Shown: one piece after another, positions 8,079 through 13,464 of the stretch
Layout: each line of letters starts with the position of its first letter
Position numbering within the stretch: the stretch's first letter is position 1
Origin: an uncultured delta proteobacterium
Lineage (GTDB): Bacteria > Desulfobacterota > RBG-13-43-22
Direction of reading: 5' to 3'
Assembly (NCBI GenBank): GCA_963802945.1
Contig: CAWDKY010000008.1
Location: 1-13,464, forward strand
Length of the DNA: 13,464 bases
Notes under the pieces: model-generated
Database searches by the model: none
The model's input: the letters and a program-made list of their open reading frames with translations, nothing else
What the model was told of the DNA's origin: nothing
Translations under genes and position numbers: made by a program

Positions 8079-9576
8079 CAGACGGCCCTTTAATTTCCAT
8101 TTTGATCTGAAAACGATCCATGTTTTGTCTCGGGTCTCTAAAGGTTGGGGCGGAAAACTCCACCTTCTGAAAGAGCTTCGATCCCTCCAGCCTGGGAATC
8201 AGTGAGGTGGCCGAAGGAGAATAGCCTTCTAAATTAATTTGGGATTCCGAAATTCTGAGCCTGGTCAGCCATGAATGCTTGGGCAGCAGTAGAGTAAGTT
8301 CCTTCAATATATTCAAACCCAGAGGTTTTGATTGTTTGAAGTCGTGGATAAGGTTAATCTCAGTATCAACTGTTTCAATTTCTTTTTTAAGGCTGCCGAT
8401 TTTTTTCATTTCCACCTTTTTTGAGGCAACCTGATTTTCTATATTTTGAAGTTTTTTCTTTTCTATTTCGATCGGGGTGCCCCAATAAATCCCCAATAAA
8501 ACACCCAAGGCCAAAATCAAAAAGGCCGTGAACACCCAGGGAGGCTTGGACTTTTCGTGAACCCCCTTAAGTAGTAAATTAAGGCCCAGCGACTGGGTCC
8601 ACAAGGATTCCAGCATACCACCGACAGCGGCATAAGGAATTGGCTTTCCCCCCGATTCCATTGGTCCTAGGGGCATCTCCGATTCATCTAAAAATTGAAA
8701 AGGTCGATCTAGGTGGATATTGACCAATTTTTTCAGAGATGGATTTTTATCTTTCACCAAGAAAATAACTTTTCCCAAGGCATTCATTTCTGTTGAGGAA
8801 GATTTTATTAATTCAATTTCCTGACGGATCAGTGCTGCTTTTTTCTTTTCATCTACGTCCGGAAAAATTCCATAAAAGACCTTCAGGTCAATATCAGGCG
8901 AAAAAAATACCCCCTGATATCGATTTTCATCTAGGCTGATAAAAAGTACCTGATCTGATCTTTGAATATAGCGGCACAAGGTGTTCAATCCCAACAGGTT
9001 GACCGTAATTTGATCGACCTTGAATCCTTTTTCTTGAATGGTTTTCAGATAAGGCTCTAACAAGTCGGCCCTGACCGCAGCCACGGTGATATTAACCTTC
9101 CCCTCTTCTTTTTTTAGGATCCTAAAGTCATAGTAGGCACTTTCAGGAGTAAAGGGGGTTATCCGATCCAGTTCAAAGGCGATCACATTGGAAATATTTT
9201 CCAATACACTGTCAGGATATTCTACTGTTTTAACGACCGCCCAGGCCTTGGGAAGGCTTAAAGTCAAACGGCAGCCCTCCGCCCCCAGTTCGGCCCTGGC
9301 TAAACTGAGGCTGGAGGTCAAAAAGTCCGGCGAAGGATAGTCTGCTTCGGGAAAAGGATATTCTTTCCATCCTTTCATTTTTATTCTGGAAAGAAAGCGG
9401 GAACCGAAGGCAACAGACACCCTCCCTTTTTCAATAGACAAGCAAAGGGTTTTTTTAAAGGCAATCTTGTCGTCCGCTGGGCTTAAAAACAATACCCGGT
9501 CCAGGCCTGCCCCTATTCTCTTCCCCCTCAAGCGGAGAGAACTGACTGTTTCATTGTTATGGTGAAGGAATTTCAT
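8065..9576 (-). CDS. gspL: T2SS GspL (cytoplasmic actin-like domain + TM + PilN-like domain)
   Basis: FELDRITPFT...YYDF, LNLL motif before the TM, coiled coil, PilN-like LKELTLLLPKHSWLTRL...LEGYSPSATSLIPRLEGSKLFQKVEF. Confidence 0.88.
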   Translation of the reverse strand: MKFLHHNNETVSSLRLRGKRIGAGLDRVLFLSPADDKIAFKKTLCLSIEKGRVSVAFGSRFLSRIKMKGWKEYPFPEADYPSPDFLTSSLSLARAELGAEGCRLTLSLPKAWAVVKTVEYPDSVLENISNVIAFELDRITPFTPESAYYDFRILKKEEGKVNITVAAVRADLLEPYLKTIQEKGFKVDQITVNLLGLNTLCRYIQRSDQVLFISLDENRYQGVFFSPDIDLKVFYGIFPDVDEKKKAALIRQEIELIKSSSTEMNALGKVIFLVKDKNPSLKKLVNIHLDRPFQFLDESEMPLGPMESGGKPIPYAAVGGMLESLWTQSLGLNLLLKGVHEKSKPPWVFTAFLILALGVLLGIYWGTPIEIEKKKLQNIENQVASKKVEMKKIGSLKKEIETVDTEINLIHDFKQSKPLGLNILKELTLLLPKHSWLTRLRISESQINLEGYSPSATSLIPRLEGSKLFQKVEFSAPTFRDPRQNMDRFQIKMEIKGPSDEKK

Positions 9577-10542
9577 CCTGTTTCAAATGGACTGGCGTCT
9601 TATAATAAAGTATTTTATATTGGTTGTTGGTCAAGAGAGTAACTGTTGCCCTGACCGCATAGCCCGATTGGGGTTTATCTTTGTATCCCGACGATTCAAT
9701 GGTGAACGTATTGCTATCGCTTCCATAATGAATAGTCATACTGAGGGCATACATCAAGGCCTGAATTTTGATCCCGGTTCCGCCGATCTCCTGGATGCTT
9801 TTTATATCTTGTTGTTGTCGATAGGCGATGATCTCATCAACCATATCCGTCGTCATCCCCGGAAAGGCCATCAAGACTTCTTTGGAGGCGGCATTGACAT
9901 TGATCGCATTCGGTGTCCCATAAACGGTCAGAAAATCGATTAACCCCTTTTTCCCCCGTTTCCATAAAGGAGTCCCCGGGTCACCCCTTTAACCAATAAG
10001 AGTTCCTCCAAGGTATCAAAATCGGCATTCTTGGCTTTATAGGGATTGGGCAACGAAAGGTAGTAGTCGGATTTGGCCCCATTCAAACGGCGCAAATCAC
10101 CCTTTTCCCTCCAATCCAAAATGGAGTCCACAACCGTATCTACGTCTATTCCTTCAATACCCATGATCTCGATAAGCTTCCTGAGGACTATCTCCGGGGC
10201 CGAATTAATATTTATTTTACCTGATTCATCGCTTATCTTGACGACATAGTTTCCAGCCCCTAATTGACCGGAATAAGGGCGGCCATCTATTTTCCACATC
10301 TCTCCACCTTCAACCAGGTCCTTAATCACGGAAAGCTGCATCTTTTGTCTGTAAAAGAGCTCACAAACCCCTCGTTCGATCCCCGCTTCGGCCAGGAATC
10401 TTTTTTCCATCCCCTCTTTGAAGGATAAGGTGGACAGAGTCTCGGTCCGGGCCATATAGGAGAAAGAAAAAACAATGACCATTAGGACCGCTAAAACCCA
10501 TAAAACGGTCAGTAAGGCAATACCTTTTTGATTCTTACTCAT
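9557..10542 (-). pseudogene. gspK: T2SS minor pseudopilin GspK, split by a 1-nt frameshift at 9944-9957
   Basis: KG|IALLTVLWVL, DESGKININ, DSILDWRE and ELLLVKGV in the first frame. The -1 frame continues GLIDFLTVYGTPNAINVNAASKEVLMAFPGM. Adding one base in GGGGGAAAAAGGGG gives a 328-aa ORF. Confidence 0.9.
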
Positions 10543-10566
10543 TTTCCCCCTAGAATAAATTTCCCT

Positions 10567-10615
10567 TTATCCGTTATTCGACATTCAACCTTCGTTATTC
10601 AATATTCGATATTCT
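10567..10615. repeat. Degenerate heptamer tandem array (7 units, approximately WYATTCR) between gspJ and gspK
   Basis: ttatccg ttattcg acattca accttcg ttattca atattcg atattct. Confidence 0.85.
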
Positions 10616-10623
10616 CTTTCTCG

Positions 10624-11334
10624 TCAATTTTTGCTTACCGCTCCTGTGCCCTGCCCGGCCTGGCTTCCTAATAGTCCTCCTCCGGTTCTCATAGAAAGGA
10701 TCATGGAAAGGTCTTTCCTGTCTTTGATCAGGTGAAGGCGTATCTTATTCGGCAGAAAAGCGGCCTCGGTCCATTCATCAACCCATTTCCCTTCTTCTTT
10801 AATCGGATCCTGATAAAAATATTCAAAATACATCTCATCAAAAAGATCCAAGAGTTTTATCTCTTTTTTGTTTTCCTGTCCTACCCCGTTTTCTGAGGCC
10901 CAAAGCGTGCGTTTCCCTTGACTCTCTTCAACTACCCGGTAGGAGACGACCACATACCCTGTCTCGCCTCCCCAAATGGAATGATTGGTAGAAAATTCGA
11001 GAAGCGCAGGCTGTCCTATAAAATAATACTTATTCTCTCCGTTTTCTTCGTGGGTCAGAGGGATTTCCGATTGTATTTGGGCGTCAATCAGATTTACAGA
11101 GGCCCTTACCCGTTCCAGGGATTCTATCTTTTTTTCTCCGGCTTCAATAGAACGAAACCCCAGTCTCAAGACGGCCACCAGGATGGAAACCATAATCCCG
11201 ACGATGGCGATGGAGATCATGAGTTCCAGCAGGGTGAAGCCGAGGTTATTCCTCTTACCTTTTTTTTCAGTTATGACTGAATTCACTTGAATCCCTGAAT
11301 CCTCGACTCCTGGAACCCTCTGGTTTGGAGTCAT
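10624..11334 (-). CDS. gspJ: T2SS minor pseudopilin GspJ
   Basis: LG|FTLLELMISIAIVGI prepilin motif and C-terminal W...W...LPNKIRL. Lies between gspI and gspK. ATG overlaps the gspI stop. Confidence 0.88.
   Translation of the reverse strand: MTPNQRVPGVEDSGIQVNSVITEKKGKRNNLGFTLLELMISIAIVGIMVSILVAVLRLGFRSIEAGEKKIESLERVRASVNLIDAQIQSEIPLTHEENGENKYYFIGQPALLEFSTNHSIWGGETGYVVVSYRVVEESQGKRTLWASENGVGQENKKEIKLLDLFDEMYFEYFYQDPIKEEGKWVDEWTEAAFLPNKIRLHLIKDRKDLSMILSMRTGGGLLGSQAGQGTGAVSKN
11286..11317. repeat. Degenerate octamer array (4 units, approximately CYYGAATC) inside the gspJ leader coding region
   Basis: cttgaatc cctgaatc ctcgactc ctggaacc. Confidence 0.7.
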
Positions 11335-11756
11335 ACCGGTTTTTCAACCATCTTCAAGGTCGTTAGAGTCAAAAATTTTTCCTTATTCCCCTGAGTCCAA
11401 TAAACCTTGACTTCTATTTCCATCAGTTTCACTGAGAGGCTTTCCGACCTCTCCGACAAGGTATCCGAAACAGAAACCTGAAATCGATATCCGTTATCCG
11501 TAATCCCATGCCAAGTCCTTTCTGAAACGTCTTTGTCTTCCAGAACCTCTCTCATCTTGGCCTGGGCCTCCAAAGAACCGGCCACGTATTCTTCCGAAGC
11601 TGAAATGGACCTCAGGTTGGCTGAAAAAAGCTGTAAAACAACGGTGCCGGCCACTCCCAGCAGGGCCAGAGCAACCAAAACCTCCAGCAAGGTAAACCCG
11701 GCCGTTTTATTCAGGGGCTTCATTTCAGCCTTCTTTCGATATTCATTGTTCGCCAT
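11331..11756 (-). CDS. gspI: T2SS minor pseudopilin GspI (alternative start at 11723)
   Basis: AG|FTLLEVLVALALLG prepilin motif, about 120-aa mature protein, located between gspH and gspJ. Confidence 0.88.
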   Translation of the reverse strand: MANNEYRKKAEMKPLNKTAGFTLLEVLVALALLGVAGTVVLQLFSANLRSISASEEYVAGSLEAQAKMREVLEDKDVSERTWHGITDNGYRFQVSVSDTLSERSESLSVKLMEIEVKVYWTQGNKEKFLTLTTLKMVEKPV

Positions 11757-11773
11757 TCGATGTTCCCTATTCG
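11732..11773. repeat. Degenerate heptamer array (6 units) overlapping the gspI start
   Basis: tctttcg atattca ttgttcg ccattcg atgttcc ctattcg. Confidence 0.8.
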
Positions 11774-11904
11774 ATGACTTCGTAAAAAGAAGTCATTCCC
11801 GCACACGCGGGAATCCAGGCCCTGCGTAACCAATTAAAAACACTGGATTCCCGTTTTCACGGGAATGACGAAAATGGATTTCGTCGACTTTTTGCGGGTT
11901 CATC
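11773..11904. mobile_element. 132-bp MITE/REP-like palindromic element with two ATTCCC-N8-GGGAAT (dRS3-like) units
   Basis: Imperfect terminal IRs GATGACTTCGTAAAAAG / CTTTTTGCGGGTTCATC. ATTCCC-gcacacgc-GGGAAT at 11795-11814 and ATTCCC-gttttcac-GGGAAT at 11847-11866, arranged as GTCATTCCCG...ATCCAG / CTGGATT...CGGGAATGAC. Confidence 0.85.
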
Positions 11905-11943
11905 CACGGGTTCATCCATTGGTTCTGTTTGTCTGAATAGGCT

Positions 11944-12423
11944 TCACCGGGTAACTACTGCCCCGAGTAAAGGGTCCAGCTCGATTCTTATGACCCTTTT
12001 TTTATTGGACAATTGAAATTGAGCGCTGTCCATACCCCAATTCGATTCAAAAACCAGCCGATATTGCCCGCTCCGAACCTCTTCCCCTGTTGAATCTACT
12101 ATTTTGAGTTCCAAATGGGAAGGGATTTTCTTGACCGGTCGCCCTTCAATTCCATATTCTTTCGAGTCCAGATTAACGGACCATCCTTGTTGTCCCCCAT
12201 GAATTTTGGCCAAATCACGGGCCTGTCTCAGTGTAGCTGAAAATTCCCTGGCCGTTGCCTGGAGCTTGGCCGAAGACAGAAGGTTGGCAAAAGAGACCGT
12301 CACCAATCCCAGGATCAGCAGGCTTAACAACAAGACAATGATCAATTCCAGCAGGGTAAAACCGGATGGATTTTTAATTAATTTTTTCGAATATTGAATA
12401 TCGAACACCGAATTTCGAATCAT
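11944..12423 (-). CDS. gspH: T2SS minor pseudopilin GspH (FimT/GspH-like)
   Basis: SG|FTLLELIIVLLL; LQATAREFSATLRQARDLA helix; lies upstream of gspI. Confidence 0.88.
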   Translation of the reverse strand: MIRNSVFDIQYSKKLIKNPSGFTLLELIIVLLLSLLILGLVTVSFANLLSSAKLQATAREFSATLRQARDLAKIHGGQQGWSVNLDSKEYGIEGRPVKKIPSHLELKIVDSTGEEVRSGQYRLVFESNWGMDSAQFQLSNKKRVIRIELDPLLGAVVTR

Positions 12424-12429
12424 GAAATT
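12388..12429. repeat. Heptamer array (6 units, opposite orientation, approximately YGAATRW) forming the gspH start and leader
   Basis: cgaatat tgaatat cgaacac cgaattt cgaatca tgaaatt. Confidence 0.85.
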
Positions 12430-12796
12430 ATCTACTCTTCTTTTTTGCTGTCTGAATACTTTTTACAAAAATTGATATTAATTCGTTGTTTTCATTGATT
12501 AGAGACTTAAGTTTTCTTTGTTGAATCAGTTTTGCCTTTTCGATCATTAACAGCCATATTCTTGTTTCCCTCAATTCCTTAAGACAAATTTTCATCTTAT
12601 GGATAAAATCAACTCGAGATTCTGCACCTTGGGCTTCTCCATAATTGGAAGCCGGAGAGGTGCCGCAACGAATGAGTTGCCCGGAAATATGATTACCGGT
12701 TCTTGTTTTTGGTAACGATTCAACTTCTGTAATTATTTGAACGGCGAAATGAATCAATCGTTCTTCAAGATCAAATATTTTTTCTTCCTTCAACAT
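12428..12796 (-). CDS. Four-helix-bundle protein (23S rRNA IVP / TIGR02436-type family)
   Basis: 122 aa with the family pattern DLEERLIHFA...LPK...QLIRCGTSPASNYGEAQGAESRVDFIHKMKICLKELRETRIWL...ENNELISI. Confidence 0.93.
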   Translation of the reverse strand: MLKEEKIFDLEERLIHFAVQIITEVESLPKTRTGNHISGQLIRCGTSPASNYGEAQGAESRVDFIHKMKICLKELRETRIWLLMIEKAKLIQQRKLKSLINENNELISIFVKSIQTAKKKSR

Positions 12797-12806
12797 TCGT
12801 TATTCG
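12786..12806. repeat. Short heptamer array containing the four-helix-bundle start codon
   Basis: tccttca acattcg ttattcg; the minus strand reads cgaataa cgaATGt tgaagga. Confidence 0.7.
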
Positions 12807-12834
12807 AAATACTTGCTAACTTTTTTAACTCTTT

Positions 12835-12920
12835 AATATTGAAGATCGAACTCCGAATATCGAATCAGGAAGTTTTTTCACTTCGATATTCAACATTCAA
12901 TATTCAAAATTCGACATTCT
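12835..12920. repeat. Inverted pair of heptamer arrays forming a long imperfect palindrome
   Basis: aatat tgaagat cgaactc cgaatat cgaatca ggaagt [tttttc] acttcg atattca acattca atattca aaattcg acattct. Confidence 0.88.
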
Positions 12921-12935
12921 ATTTGCATGGTCTTT

Positions 12936-13463
12936 TTAAAAAGGAAGATCCGTGATACTGAAAATAGCCATCAGCATGGACAAAACAATAAAGCCGATGA
13001 TCAATCCCATCACTAAGATCATCGCCGGTTCCAGAAAGCTGATAAACCTTTTTATGGAGACCCGCAAACTTTTTTCATAAGTGGCCGCCACCTTCAACAA
13101 CATATCGTCCAATTGACCGGTCTCCTCCCCCACCTTGATCATGGATAAGGCCAGGGGGGGGAACACCTTGGAAGCGGAAAGCGGCAGGGCCATGCCCTTG
13201 CCTTCTTTCACCCCGGTTGACACTTCCTCTAAGGCGGAAGCAATCACCTGATTACTGACTACGTCCCGTGCATTTCTTATGGCCTGCAGCAATGGGACCC
13301 CGCTCTTGATCAGGGTGCCCAAGGTCCGGCAAAAACGGGCGGTCTCCAACTTTCGGATGATATCTCCAACCAATTTAAGTTTTAAACCGTCCCATCGAAA
13401 CCGACCCTGTTCCGATTTAGTGTAGGTCCGGAATAGAAGCCAGACGAAAACAATCAACATTAG
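12936..13463 (-). CDS. gspF: T2SS inner-membrane platform protein GspF, C-terminal part (5' end outside window)
   Basis: ARFCRTLGTLIKSGVPLLQA, MIKVGEETGQLDDML and LEPAMILVMG motifs. Frame is open to the window end. Confidence 0.96.
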   Translation of the reverse strand, partial: LMLIVFVWLLFRTYTKSEQGRFRWDGLKLKLVGDIIRKLETARFCRTLGTLIKSGVPLLQAIRNARDVVSNQVIASALEEVSTGVKEGKGMALPLSASKVFPPLALSMIKVGEETGQLDDMLLKVAATYEKSLRVSIKRFISFLEPAMILVMGLIIGFIVLSMLMAIFSITDLPF

Positions 13464-13464
13464 G

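Noticed and set aside
12428-12796. 23S rRNA gene implied by the IVP family name
   Set aside because: No rRNA sequence is present; the flanks are gsp genes.
12388-12920. CRISPR array or diversity-generating retroelement
   Set aside because: Repeats are 7-bp tandem units without spacers. No cas gene, reverse transcriptase or TR/VR pair is present in the window.

Overview
Probably a Desulfobacterota/Deltaproteobacteria-type window (inferred from gene content). Positions 3358-13464 hold a type II secretion system (T2SS) cluster: gspF(partial)-gspH-I-J-K-L-M-gspN/C-like on the minus strand, a convergent secretin gspD on the plus strand, and gspG plus a Ser/Thr/Gly-rich Ig-like lipoprotein transcribed divergently from gspD. 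gspK is split by a one-base frameshift in a G5-A5-G4 run. The most striking extra structure is a four-helix-bundle (23S rRNA IVP/Avd-like) gene between gspF and gspH. It is bracketed by inverted arrays of degenerate 7-bp repeats and sits next to an 'empty' copy of the same palindrome. Related 7-bp and 8-bp arrays recur at the other pseudopilin gene junctions and are translated into the prepilin leader peptides. A dRS3-like MITE abuts one array. Positions 1-3350 are a decayed accessory zone: a PAS-PAS sigma-54 activator cut mid-AAA+ domain against an IS left end, an orphan C-terminal paralog fragment of the lipoprotein, possible integrase arm-type repeats and a frameshifted HTH/sigma-region-2-like gene. 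All calls come from reading the sequence by eye; no searches were run.
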